NCBI RefSeq assembly: GCF_006345805.1 | Contig: NC_043004.1 | Location: forward strand, 102,734,001-102,798,000 | Source: Octopus sinensis | Lineage: Eukaryota | Reading direction: 5' to 3' | Length of the DNA: 64,000 nt | Shown here: in pieces, positions 24,771-37,377 of the stretch | How the letters are laid out: the number at the start of each line of letters is the position of its first letter | Position numbering within the stretch: position 1 is the stretch's first letter | Program-made: the position numbers and the translations under genes | Notes under the pieces: generated by a model | The model's database searches: none | Told to the model about the DNA's origin: nothing | What the model saw: only the letters and a program-made list of their open reading frames with translations

Positions 24771-27436
24771 TTTGTGGTACCAGTGCCGGTGGCACACAAG
24801 AAAACCACCCAAACGTGGCCGTAACCAGTACCGCATCGACTGGCCTCCGTGCTGTGGGCACAACAAACACCATCCAATCGTGGCCGTTCGCCAGCCTCAT
24901 CTGGCACCTGTGCCGGTGGCACATAAAGACACCATCCGAAGACCCGGCGACGTAGTCAGTCCACCTGTGCATACCTTCCCTCTTATGACACTTGTGAAGA
25001 CCTGTTGAGGCAAGTGTGGGACACTTGTGAAGACCTGTTGAGGCAGAGGCAAGTGTGTGACACTTGTGGAGACCTGTTGAGGCAAGTGTGTGACCCTTGT
25101 GAAGACCTGTTGAGGCAAGTGAAAATCAAATCAAACCATATCAAAATAGATGAATATCAATGGAATTTGTATCTTTGTGGTTCCAGTACCGGTGGCACAC
25201 AAGAAAACCATCCGAGCGTGGCCGTAGCTGGTACCGCATCGACTGGCCTCCGTGCTGTGGGCACAACAAACACCATCTGATCGTGGCCGTTCGCCAGCCT
25301 CACCTGGCACCTGTGTCGGTGGCACATAAAAACACCATCCAAAGACCCGGCGACGTAGTCAGTCCACCTGTGCATACCTTCCCTCTTACGACACTTGTGA
25401 AGACCTGTTGAGGCAGAGGCAAGTGTGTGACACTTTGTGAAGACCTGTTGAGGCAGAGGCAAGTGTGTAACACTTGTGGAGACCTGTTGAGGCAAGTGTG
25501 TGACACGCGTGACACTTGTGAAGACCTGTTGAGGCAAGTGAAAATCAAACCAAATCAAAATAGATGAACATCAATGGAATTTGTATCTTTGTGGTTCCAG
25601 TACCGGTGGCACACAAGAAAACCATCCGATCGTGGCCGTTCGCCAGCCCATCTGGCACCTGTGTCGGTGGCACATAAAGACACCATCCGAAGACCCGGCG
25701 ACGTAGACAGTCCACCTGTGCATACCTTCCTTCTTGTGACACTTGTGAAGACCTGTTGAGGCAAGTGAAAATCAAATCAAATCAAATCAAGTCAAAACAA
25801 ATCAAAATAGATGAACATCAGTGGAATTGTATTCTTTGTGGTACCAGTGCCGGTGGCACACAAGAAAACCACCCAAACGTGGCCGTAACCAGTACCGCAT
25901 CGACTGGCCTCCGTGCTGTGGGCACAACAAACACCATCCGATCGTGGCCGTTCGCCAGCCTCATCTGGCACCTGTGCCGGTGGCACATAAAGACACCATC
26001 CGAAGACCCGGCGACGTAGTCAGTCCACCTGTGCATACCTTCCCTCTTATGACACTTGTGAAGACCTGTTGAGGCAAGTGTGTGACACTTGTGAAGACCT
26101 GTTGAGGCAGAGGCAAGTGTGTGACACTTGTGGAGACCTGTTGAGGCAAGTGTGTGACCCTTGTGAAGACCTGTTGAGGCAAGTGAAAATCAAACCAAAT
26201 CAAAATAGATGAATATCAATGGAATTTGTATCTTTGTGGTTCCAGTACCGGTGGCACACAAGAAAACCATCCGAGCGTGGCCGTAGCTGGTACCGCATCG
26301 ACTGGCCTCCGTGCTGTGGCACAACAAACACCATCTGATCGTGGCCGTTCGCCAGCCTCACCTGGCACCTGTGTCGGTGGCACATAAAAACACCATCCAA
26401 AGACCCGGCGACGTAGTCAGTCCACCTGTGCATACCTTCCCTCTTACGACACTTGTGAAGACCTGTTGAGGCAGAGGCAAGTGTGTGACACTTGTGAAGA
26501 CCTGTTGAGGCAGAGGCAAGTGTGTAACACTTGTGGAGACCTGTTGAGGCAAGTGTGTGACACGCGTGACACTTGTGAAGACCTGTTGAGGCAAGTGAAA
26601 ATCAAACCAAATCAAAATAGATGAACATCAATGGAATTTGTATCTTTGTGGTTCCAGTACCGGTGGCACACAAGAAAACCATCCGATCGTGGCCGTTCGC
26701 CAGCCACATCTGGCACCTGTGTCGGTGGCACATAAAGACAACCATCCGAAGACCCGGCGACGTAGACAGTCCACCTGTGCATACCTTCCTTCTTGTGACA
26801 CTTGTGAAGACCTGTTGAGGCAAGTGAAAATCAAATCAAATCAAATCAAGTCAAAACAAATCAAAATAGATGAACATAAATGGAATTTGTATCTTTGTGG
26901 TACCAGTGCCGGTGGCACACAAGAAAATCATCCGAACGTGGCCGTAGCCAGTACCGCATAGACTGGCCTCCGTGCTTTGGGGACATAACAAACACCATCC
27001 GATCGTGGCCGTCCGCCAGCCTCATCTGGCACCTGTGTCGGTGGCACATAAAAACACCATCCGAGCGTGGCCGTCTGCCAGCCTCGTCTGGCACCTGCCA
27101 GCCTCATCTGGCACCTGTGTCGGTGGCACATAAAAACACCATCCGAGCGTGGCCGTCTGCCAGCCTCGTCTGGCACCTGTGTCGGTGGCACATAAAAACA
27201 CCATCCGAGCGTGGCCGTTCGCCAGCCTCGTCTGGCACCTGTGTCGGTGGCACATAAAATCACCCACTACACTCTCGGAGTGGTTGGCGTTAGGAAGGGC
27301 ATCCAGCTGTAGAAACACTGCCAGATCTGACTGGCCTGGTGCAGCCTTCGGGCTCCCCAGACCCCAGTTGAACCGTCCAACCCATGCTAGCATGGAAAAC
27401 GGACGCTAAATGATGATGATGATGATGATGATGATG
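24771..27436 (+). repeat. Higher-order tandem array of an RTE LINE 3' UTR
   Basis: Junction GACCCGGCGACGTAG at 24941, 25344, 25692, 26005, 26402 and 26751 (every third junction ~1.06 kb apart); only the last unit has the LINE terminus and (TGA)n; matches the single copy at 57160-57611. Confidence 0.92.
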
Positions 27437-28534
27437 GACAGATCTACTGAAACTAGTGTGTTGTACTTATGGGACCTACAGGAGCATTGGGTAACAGAAT
27501 ATGAACTGGTCTGCGATAACTATACGACACTAATGAAACTATGATTAAGACAGTAATTCTGACCTAGAAAAAGCAATTAAAATATTGTATGACAGAATTA
27601 GATTGTACCATTTGAAACATTAATAAAGTACTGTATAAAATTTCTAATTAGTAATAGCTAAATTATAAATAAGTACATACATAAACATTTAACAAACAAC
27701 AACAACAATAGGTGTCAAACCCAAACAAATGAGTAAAACAGCAATGGAGAAGTAATGAAATAGCAATATGTGACAAATAGAAAGGAACAAAAGCAATGAG
27801 TGAGTAATCAACAAGTCATTATATTATCACTAACTCTAATGGCACTTCACTTAATGACACTCAACTACATTGCCAGACTTTAAATTCCTAAATGACTACT
27901 CAAGAAATATGGGAACTCTTATAAGACACATCTTTTATGTAGTCACACACGTGTGCACATACAAAAATAGCCATTAGTTTTCAAAACCCATGAAGTCAAT
28001 GCCAAGTAAGCTCCATATTGATACCTTTCTGGCTTGAACTAATCCCCTAGACCTGTAGCTTTATCAATAACCATACCATGTCTGTTGTCGATGATATTAT
28101 CTTCTTAAATTCTCTAATCTTTCAATTATGGATTTGTCATAATTCAAAAACATTTTCTCTTCAAACACATACATACCTATGCAAACACACACACATTTAT
28201 ACAGTACGACTTCTATGCCATCACACTTAAATAGACATGTCCAATAATGAAGAATTTTGAAATTAACAGCTAGGTGTTTAACACCTGGTCAACCCTAAAT
28301 GAACTGACCAACAATAAAAAAAACACATTCCAGTCATGAACATCCCACCAGTTTGTACAACTGGAACAACTGATAAAATTGAAGCTAGTGTAATGCAGAA
28401 ACTTATAAGAAGATTCATAATATATATATCTGTATATATCTGTTACAGTGTTTGGGACTCAATGGGTTGTAGTGAAGAGAGTGAATACAGCCAAAAATTC
28501 CATGCAAAAAAATTAAATCTTACTTTTGGTATTA

Positions 28535-28746
28535 CAGTAATCTCTTGACTATTGCGGGTGTTATGTTCCACCCCCATCCCGGCAATGGGTGAAAATCCAA
28601 AGAAGAAACTATATATTTTTTCAATTATTTTTATAATTTGTATATATTTATTTTATTATAAATGCAAAGCATTACCAGAGAGGAATCGACGTAAGATTAA
28701 ATAATAAACCATGATAGGTGAACCGCAATATGGCGTGGGATAACTG
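28535..28746. mobile_element. Tigger/pogo-like MITE
   Basis: TA-CAGTAATCTCTTGACTATTGCGG...CCGCAATATGGCGTGGGATAACTG-TA. Confidence 0.75.
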
Positions 28747-29285
28747 TATTACACTCAAGTTTCTTTATTATATACCAACATACCTGAGATAGCCCTTAGT
28801 TCTGTGACAAAAATGTCTTATTTCAAAAGACTCGACAAATTCCATTTATTGTAAATTCTACAGTTGATTGGATTTACTATAAGCCTTTATTTTTTATGTT
28901 CACAACTTTTAATCATTTTGACTCCAGGCTGTCTGAGACTATCATTCATTCTAGAATATGAAACCTTTTAAAATGTTCGTATTCAAATTAAAAACTCATA
29001 ATTTTATTCAAAAACATTTTGTTCAGTTATGTTCCAAATGCCAGCTTAATATCGACAAAGTCATTATATTAAAATCCCTCTAAACATTTTATCATTTTTC
29101 TATTATCAGAAACATAAAATTTCATTAGAAATATAGTCTTGAAAGGTTGTCAGAAGATAATATTTTATCAGCTTTAAATCAAAGTGACTTTCAAGCTTCC
29201 AAGGAAAACATTTCATAGAATGTTTGCTTACATTCAATAAATCTGTATTTCATTTTGTCTCTATAGATTCTTTTCCATCTTCATT

Positions 29286-29872
29286 AGGTGTAGATATGGT
29301 TGTGTGGTTGAGAGGTTTGCTTCCCATCACATGGTTTTGGGTTCAGTCTCATTGCATGGCACCATGGGCAAGTATCTTCTACTACAGCCTCAAGCTGACC
29401 AAAACCTTGTAAATGGATTTGGTAAACAGAAACCGAAAGAAGTGTATGTGTGTGAAAGACAGTGAGTGAGTGTGTGAAAGAGTGAGTGAGTGTGTGAAAG
29501 AATGAGTGAGTGTGTGAAAGAGTGAGTGAGTGTGTGTGTGAAAGAGTGAGTGAGTGAGTGTGTGAAAGAGTGAGTGAGTGAGTGAGTGAAAGAGTGAGTG
29601 AGTGAGTGAGTGAGTGAGTGTGTGTGTATAAAAGACAAAGAGAGAGAGAGAGAGAGAGTGTGTGTGTGTGTGTGTGTCCTCTTGACATTACATGATTGTT
29701 GTAACTGAATGTCACTCATTTCCAATAATTTGCAGAAGCATGTCTGGCCATAGAGCAATATCATCTTGCTTGGGAACAGGTAAGAGCTTCCAGACAGAAA
29801 ATCTGTCACAGTTTTAAACTCCACCCAACCCATGCAAGCACGAGAAAAGCAGATTTTAAAATGATGATGATT
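29286..29872 (+). mobile_element. SINE with family A head, expanded (GTGA)n/(GA)n/(GT)n middle and RTE-type 3' tail
   Basis: Head as in family A; tail CCAACCCATGCAAGCA...ATGATGATGA as in family B; sister copy at 52778-53175. Confidence 0.75.
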
Positions 29873-32199
29873 ACAACACAAATTTAGACAAATACTACTT
29901 CATTGTCGCACCATATGGGAGAATATAGAAAGTGGTGATAGATTTTTGTATAAGAAACTGAAAGACAGAACTATCATTACCAGAAAGCTTACATTAGATG
30001 AAAATATTGTAGGTTTTGTTAGAACAGCTTTGGGAAGTTTACGAGAAGGAAAACGGTTTTTTTAATCAATAGTTAATACTGATTCTGTAAAATGAACCTT
30101 GATAAGATTCAGAGCCAGCAATAACACAAATATTTTCCAAAGAAAAATGAAAAGCATGCAATAAGATTGAAGCTAGTTCTGTTAAATAAATCTAAGTATC
30201 TACCTCTTTACTATGATCACTTCGACACAATCTCAAAAACTGCTTAAAAATCTACATGATGATATTCAGTAGCTGAGATACAGTCCTGCAGCAGCTGGGA
30301 CTCTGAGAAGTGCCCAAATCACTGCCAATAGAATTGACAGTTAGAATTGCCACTACAACAGAGGCAACTTCAGTCTTTACAAAATCCATGGGCTGAGAAA
30401 GGTACAAAACCCACTGGCATAGAATTTTAAATTGTTACATGAGATATAGCCATGAAAAAAGGATTTCAGTGCTGTCAGCAGCTGTATCATGTCAAAGGGT
30501 TAAGCTTACATAGAAGTTAAAAGTAATCCCTTACTTGCATGCAATTACTAATTAAATAGCAATTAGTCACAGTATGCAGGTGGACAGAAGAGTTATTATA
30601 AGCAAGGGGATAATAGCAATAAAGGGCACACTCTCACACAGGTCAGCCTAACCTGTTTATTTTAGCATGAACTTTGACCTGTATCATATGTATCTGATAG
30701 GAAATATTAACTGATATTTTACCACATGGGCTTAGCAGCTGCCAGTATTTTACCAAGCAATATGTGCTGAAAGTCAAATGATTCCATATGTTTTATAGCA
30801 AAAATTTTTCAGATAGGGTAAGGAAGATTCAATCCTCACAAATGATGAGAACCTAACATATGTGCATATGTGTGTGCATGCATGCACGCACACATATATA
30901 TATATAAAAATACACATAAAACAATACTGATGTCTCAGTACATCCAGGATTAGAGTATAAAATTTTAAGGGTACTAAATTAACAAAGCATACCTGGTAGT
31001 ATTAAAAACATAATTTGGTTGGCTTTGTATGCTTCTAGTAGTCTTTTAAAAACTTTAAAGAAAAGTTCTTAACATTGAACAATGTAAAATTAGGCTAACA
31101 GTGTACTAAAAAATTTCTGGAGAAAATAAACTGTAGCTAAAGCTGTTGTTAACTGAATGACTTGTGTAACAGAAATAAAACTTTACAAATAATCTATTTT
31201 ATGTATATACAAAAAATTGGGTTTTTTTTTTCTTTTTGGGGTATCGTTTAAATGTTTTCTATTTTTAGGTCAGTCTTAGGGTGAAATAAATTCTTGACAG
31301 CTTTGTTTCACCACCAGTCCTATTATATACATATGTACGCGTGCACACACACACATGTACTGTATATTATAGGAAATGAAAAGGTCAATGCCATGTAGTG
31401 ACCAGAGATTTTATCTGGGAATGAGAATCCTTAGACTGATGAAGGATTGTAAAATATAAGCTGCCGAGTGGGTGGATTTTTTCAAAAGAGGTTGGTTTCC
31501 ATTTAAATTTGTTTTCAATCTGTTAATGTAGGTGGCACCGTGTATGTATATTTTACTTTTGGTAATTTTTGGTAACAGATTTTTTTGCATATACATACAT
31601 GTTCGTATAAGCTGAATGTTCACTGTATGTAAGGACAACTACAAGCCCATGTTGCATGCATGTGCATATATGCATGCCACATGTTTATGTTAGTACATGC
31701 AAGCTGTGTATTTACAACCATACACATGCATGCATCCACACAATATATGGGTGTACCTGTCTATCAATCCGACTTTATGTCTCTATGTCTGTGTTCTATG
31801 AGTGTTGGTGTGTGTATGAGAATTTTTAGTTTTAAAGTTCATTTGTATAAACCTACCGTCTCTCTACCCCACATGAACTTTAGTTTTCTACATCAGCATT
31901 GGAAAAGGATGCATGATGATAATGCTGGTGTGTGTGTGTGTGTGTGTGTGTGCGTGCGTGCGTGCGTGTGTGTACCCACACAAACAGACAAGATTTTATT
32001 AGTTATTTGGCAACTTCACTAGTACTGGTGTCATTAAAAAAAAAAACCACATCCAATACATTCTATGAAATAGTTGGCATTAAGAAGGGTATTCGACTGT
32101 AGAAACCATGCCAGAGTAGACATTGGAGCTTGATGCAGTCCTCTGGCTCATCAGATCCTGTCAAACTGTCCAACTCATACCAATATGGAAGACATCCAA

Positions 32200-32420
32200 T
32201 TATATATAGACGCCATGATAGATCATTAGCTACTACACACATTTTTTTTTCTCTCTCCTTGTTTTTACTGTGTACCTTTCTGTAGAAGAGCGTAGGCTCG
32301 AAACGTAAAAGACTTTCTATTCCTGAGCACTATACTAATACATCTGTTTGTTTTGTACACCACCTATCTGTGTCTTTGTTTATTTTCATAAACTTTCCCT
32401 TTATATATATATATATATAT
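32200..32420 (+). mobile_element. Penelope-like terminal fragment nested in a family B element
   Basis: Interrupts the family B tail (resumes at ~32421 GCTAGCATGG); ends in (TA)n; contains a hammerhead-like motif; its 3' end resembles 41471-41510 in reverse. Confidence 0.6.
32276..32311 (+). ncRNA. Variant minimal type I hammerhead ribozyme motif (A6U core)
   Basis: CUUU-CUGUAGA-A-GAGC(GUAG)GCUC-GAAA-CG-UA|AAAG: stem I CUUU/AAAG, stem II 4 bp, palindromic stem III ACGU. Confidence 0.55.
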
Positions 32421-34125
32421 GCTAGCATGGAAGACGGATGTTAAATGATAATGATGATTAATATAAGGTAGCCCTAACATTTTAGTTCAAAAGAAATTGT
32501 TTTGTGCTTGTCTGATCCAAGAATTTGTGTTTGACAAGGACGTTTGGCAAAAGATTTCTAGGCTTGTATCTTCTTTTTGTTTTTGTTTTTTTTGACAAGC
32601 ATGGAAAAGCGGATGTTAAAACAACATCAATGATGATGAATGAGAGATACACATCTGCATGTTACAAATCTTCCTTATCCCTAAATTAATATTTCTTTGT
32701 CAGAAAAACATAAAAAGTGGTTTCAACAAGACAGTGCTCCACCACATTTTACAATTTATATGAGGATTTATTTAAATATATACCTTTCCAGGAATGTGGA
32801 TTATGAGAGACAGACCAGTTGAATGGCCATGTAGAGTTTTCAGAACAAACACCAAGTCTGTATGAATCAACTCAGAACTATAAATGCAACTAAAACAGCC
32901 AATCCTATCCATTAGTGATAGTTGTAAATATGAAACCTGCCTAATTCTTTCATGTCATAGTGACCACCATCATCATTTAATGTCTATGTTTCAAGTTGGC
33001 ATGGGTTGGACAGTTTGACAAGGACTCTATTATGCTCCAGTGTCTGCTTTGGCATGATTTCTATAGCTGGACGCCTTTCCTAGTGCCAATCACTTTACTG
33101 GGTGCTGTTATCATGCAGCCGGAACTATTTAAGAAGACTTTGCAGCTTGCAAGACTATGAACCATGAGGAGAATGGGAAGAGTCGTTAAGTACAAGACAT
33201 TGGGAGAAGCAGAGCATGTTCTTGTAGAAGAGCTAATCTTAATTACAAAGAGGAAAACTTAGTTTGACATTTTTTTTTAACTCTTCTTCTCTTTACACAT
33301 TATAAAACAACAAGAGTGTAATATTAAACAAAAGCAAAAGACATAAGTATTGGTTGAAGGGTAATTCAAATACTTAAGTGGTAATAAATAGGTGATGTGT
33401 CAACTGTTGTAGTAACAAGTAAAGAAAAAGCAAATAAGTAGATAGTGCCAACACTCTATACTAATAGACTTGCATCTATTTTTCCACAGCAGCATGAAAC
33501 TTTTTGTTAAGATAGATAATTTACATGTGAAAATATCAATTAGTTGAGTTAGATGACACCTCTCGCATCATTTTTGTATTTGGGTACAAAAACCTCAACA
33601 TTTACCTGGAAGTTTTAGTTGCAGTTAGGAAAAACTGGGGGAGGTGGGAGATAAACAGGACATTTTTTTATTTTTCAATGACTTAGAAGAGGAACAGGAA
33701 GGCCTTAGAGGAGACAAACCTACAACTCATGGGTCATACTCATACCTGAGATCTGTTTTGATTGCTTTAGCAGAGTAGACACTCCACTAGCCACCCAAGA
33801 GCTAGGTGATGGTCCAGGAATGTGGACAAGTAAATCTAATGACACAGTTTTCAGTAACATGAATGAAAGTGTTAACAAGAATGGCAATTTACCAAGTTGA
33901 CTCGCAGATGGTAGGTTAACAGTATAGCAAACTGATAATACAGTCGTAGCCATAAGTTTGGAACACGTTTTTTTTTTAATTTTTAAAATTACAGGAAGTC
34001 ACATGACCTGCATCAAACATAACTAAAAATGTTTATAGATACCCACCATATTACTGTCAGTAGTAATAATATATAGCAAATTTAATATAACTTTGGGCAT
34101 TTAATACAAAAATTCTAATTTTCAG

Positions 34126-34280
34126 ATCTATGTTCGATAGGTAATGATGGTGGTTGCAGGAAGAAAGAAGAAGAAGAATGACCCATCATCAACAGCATTG
34201 TTATGGATGACAAGGGTGAGGTTTTGGCTGTGACAGCTGATTGTAATCTTGTTTGTATCTGGAAGGTCTGCACAGATTGA
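34126..34280 (+). pseudogene. WD40-like C-terminal exon fragment (LRWD1/EED-like) with in-frame TGA, inside the TIR element
   Basis: CTAATTTTCAG acceptor, then xLCSIGNDGGCRKKEEEE*PIINSIVMDDKGEVLAVTADCNLVCIWKVCTD*; the part after the first stop fits a WD40 blade ending in WK. Confidence 0.5.
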
Positions 34281-34369
34281 AAGACGGACTGTGGTGTGTG
34301 TGAGTGTAACTGTACATACATGTGTGTGTTTATGAGGGAGTTCACATAGATATATACATATATATATAA

Positions 34370-34598
34370 AACATTTGAGCGAGGTCGTTGCCAGTACTGC
34401 CTGACTGGCCCCCATGCTGGTGGTACGTAAAAGCACCCACTACACCCTCGGAGTGGTTGGCGTTAGGAAGGGTATCCAGCTGTAGAAACTCTGCCAGATC
34501 AAGATTGGAGCCTGGTGCAACCATCTGCTTTGCCAGTCCTCAGTCAAATCGTCCAACCAATGCTAGCATGGAAAGCGGATGTTAAACGATGATGATAA
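34370..34598 (+). mobile_element. Family B RTE 3' fragment nested in the TIR element
   Basis: GGTGGTACGTAAAAGCACCCACTACAC...GTTAAACGATGATGAT. Confidence 0.85.
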
Positions 34599-34715
34599 TG
34601 TTCCTACCTTTTGGCCATGACTGTACACGACTAGTACTTAGTGCTTTATATGCCATCAAGGTAAAAGATATGTTAAATATATTCTGGGATTCTAGCAGCA
34701 TAATTTATGTCTGGG

Positions 34716-35082
34716 AGGCGTAGACATGGCTAAGTGGTTAAGAAGCTCACTTTGCAACCACATGGTTTTGGGTTCAGTCCCACTGTATGGCATCTTGGGC
34801 AAGTGTCTTTCACTATAGCTCCAGGTCAACCAATGCCTTGTGAGAGAATTCAGTAGACAGAAATTGTGTGGAGGCCCATCATATGTATACATATATCTAT
34901 GTTGCATGTGTCTGTGAGTCTCTATCATCACCACTTGACAAGTGCTGCTGTGTCCCCATAACTTAGAAGTTTGGCAACAGACTAAATATAAGTACTGGCA
35001 TTGATTATTCAACTAAAACTCTACAAGGCACTGTTCCAGCATGACTGCAATCTAATGACTGAACTAAGGTAAAAGGTAAAAA
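34716..35082 (+). mobile_element. Older family A-related SINE
   Basis: TGGCTAAGTGGTTAAG A box, GGTTCAGTCCC B box, core block, (GGTAAAA)n tail. Confidence 0.8.
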
Positions 35083-35772
35083 TAACTCCTTTAAGATGGG
35101 AAATCCTGACAAGGCTATATATATTCTTTTTACCAGAGACTAAATAATTTAAGAACTGAACCAGAGACTACATGGTTGGAAAGCAAGCTTCTTAACTCAC
35201 AGCCATGCTTTCTCAGATAAGACTCAAACTTGAAAATGAAATGCTAGACTTGGAAACAGCCAAACTAGAGCAGAAAACTTAGTTCTAAAAAATGCAAGCA
35301 TTTATAATCAGGATATCCTTGTAAATACTACTGTAGTTACAAACAAGAATATGAAACAGAAAGCTATTTCAGTAATTACTTCGCACAAGTATTTTTTTCC
35401 TTTCTTCCTTTTAGAGATGCTAGTGGTGATATAAGCATGACTGTAGAAAATGACCAGCAAGAGATGCCATATATCACCAGTATAAGACAAAGCTAATTTT
35501 CTTGTGTGTGCAAATCACATAATGAACTCAGAGATCCAATAAGAAATAATAAGCCTCTCACCAAGACATTAGTAACATATTCAATTTTGTAAGATGTTCA
35601 TATTTATTGGAACTCCTTGTCACATATATTCAATATTGTTAGTCACCAATCACTCAATGCAATACCAACATCTTTATCAAAACAGACATTGCTAATTTGG
35701 CTTAGACCATTAACTCTTTTGATACCAACCCACCTGAGACTGCCTCTGGTTTTGTGATACAAATTCACTGTT

Positions 35773-36047
35773 GTTGCCAGCCTCGCCTGGATCCGTGCCG
35801 GTGGCACAAAAAGCACCATCCGTCCGTGGCCGTTTGCCAGCTCCGTCTGGCACCTGTGCGGGTGGCACGTAAAAAGCACCCACTACACTCACGGAGTTGG
35901 CGTTAGGAAGGGCATCCAGCCATAGAAACACTGCCAGATCTGACTGGGCCTGATGCAGCCTTCTGGCTTCACAGACCCCAGTTGAACCGTCCAACCCATG
36001 CTAGCATGGAAAGCGGACGCTAAATGATGATGATGATGAAGATGATG
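35773..36047 (+). mobile_element. Family B RTE 3' fragment
   Basis: Two ~60-bp subrepeats, terminal block, (TGA)n. Confidence 0.85.
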
Positions 36048-36170
36048 AAACTTTAAAATTCCCATCAAAATTTCATGATTAATTTAATAAATTCTCCATT
36101 GGTTTCAGAATTAATTGAAACAAAGCCAGTGTATTTCAACAGAAATATGATAAAAAAAGGGTTAAATGGT

Positions 36171-36724
36171 TTAACCCTTTAACATTTAAGCTGGGCATAT
36201 CTGACAAAAATAATCTACCTGTATTATCTTCAAACTGGCCAAATCTAGCTTCTCACACTTACCCCACAATATTATTCTAGAACTAAACAATCACATCATT
36301 GAATTCTCAGAGTTACAAGGTAATGCATGACTAATCTGCCTGACTGGAAACCATTGCCGGTGGCATGTAAAAAGCACCATTTGAGCATGGCTGATGGTAG
36401 TGCTACCTGACTGGCACTTGTGCCAGTGACATGTAAAAAGCACCATTTGAGCGTGGTCGATGCCAGTGCCACCTGGCTGGCTCCCGTGCCGGTGGCACAT
36501 AAAAAACACCCACTACACTCTTGGGGTGGTTGGCATTAGGAAGGGCATCCAGCTGTAGAAATCTTGCCAAATCAGATTGGAGCCTGGTACAGCCTCCCAG
36601 CCTGCAAGTTCTCAGTCAAACTGTCCAATCCATGCCAGCATGGAAAGCAGATGGTAAATGACAACGATGATGTGATTAAATAAGTATTACATTTGATAGA
36701 GAAATCTGAATGCTAAAGGCTTAA
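36171..36724. mobile_element. TTAA-flanked MITE interrupted by a family B fragment (~36336-36672)
   Basis: TTAACCCTTT...GCTAAAGGCTTAA termini; same family as 6406-7089 and 62610-62836. Confidence 0.75.
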
Positions 36725-36973
36725 GGACAACACAAGCATGGTGCCAATATAGTTCCTGAATTACAGAGAATATACAGTCCTTATCCAATGTGTAAAAAGT
36801 TGCACAATCAGCAGTCACTCTTAAGTATATATATATAGTCTCTGTTCAGATGTTTTACCAGCACAGAGTTTCATGCCTCAGCATTTTCAGTGCTATTTAA
36901 GTTTAATGGCCTAGAAGCTTCCACCATTTACACCCTTCACTAACTCCAAATGCAAAAACTTACTTGAAAGTAT

Positions 36974-37377
36974 TTTACTCTTTTACTTGTTTCAGTCATT
37001 TGACTGCGGCCATGCTGGAGCACCGCCTTTAGTCAAGCAAATCGACCCCGGGACTTATTCTTTGTAAGCCCAGTACTTATTCTATCGGTCTCTTTTGCCG
37101 AACCGCTAAGTGACAGAGACGTAAACACACCAGCATCGGTTGTCAAGCAATGCTAGGGGGACAAACACAGACACACAAATATACACACACACACACACAT
37201 ATATATATACATATATACGACAGGCTTCTTTCAGTTTCCGTCTACCAAATCCACTCACAAGGCATTGGTCGGCTCGGGGCTATAGTAGAAGACACTTGCC
37301 CAAGATGCCATGCAGTGGGACTGAACCCGGAACCATGTGGTTGGTTAGCAAGCTACTTACCACACAGCCACTCCTGT
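36974..37377 (-). mobile_element. Family A SINE, near full length
   Basis: Reverse-complement match to 51767-52203. Confidence 0.92.

Larger units (their letters stand above)
33941..34623. mobile_element. Non-autonomous Tc1/mariner-type TIR element with cargo
   Basis: TIRs CAGTCGTAGCCATAAGTTTGGAACA (33941-33965) and revcomp CAGTCATGGCCAAAAGGTAGGAACA (34599-34623), 20/25 identical; TA on both sides. Confidence 0.8.

Noticed and set aside
25105-25130. CTGTTGA-GGCAAGT-GAAA in the array as a hammerhead core
   Set aside because: Stem II does not pair convincingly, and no stem III, NUH site or stem I partner can be drawn
24771-27436. CRISPR-like appearance and the many overlapping ORFs in the array
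   Set aside because: Segments between repeats are themselves repeated (no unique spacers), there are no cas genes, and the context is eukaryotic; the ORFs arise from GC-rich tandem sequence on both strands
29284-29881. 143/163-aa His/Thr/Ser-rich ORFs
   Set aside because: Microsatellite expansion inside a SINE
30993-31052. 60-nt AG/GT-bounded open segment (xFKRLLEAYKANQIMFLILP)
   Set aside because: Very AT-rich with competing AGs; such segments are expected by chance in 64 kb
32784-32936. Open minus frame with AAG|GTATAT donor, and a plus-strand GMWIMRDRPVEWP mini-exon as partner of the WD40-like fragment
   Set aside because: Poor acceptor (minus) or donor (plus), no homology, and it lies outside the TIRs
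34179-34181. In-frame TGA as selenocysteine or readthrough
   Set aside because: No SECIS-like hairpin recognised downstream; its position inside a transposon favours a nonsense mutation
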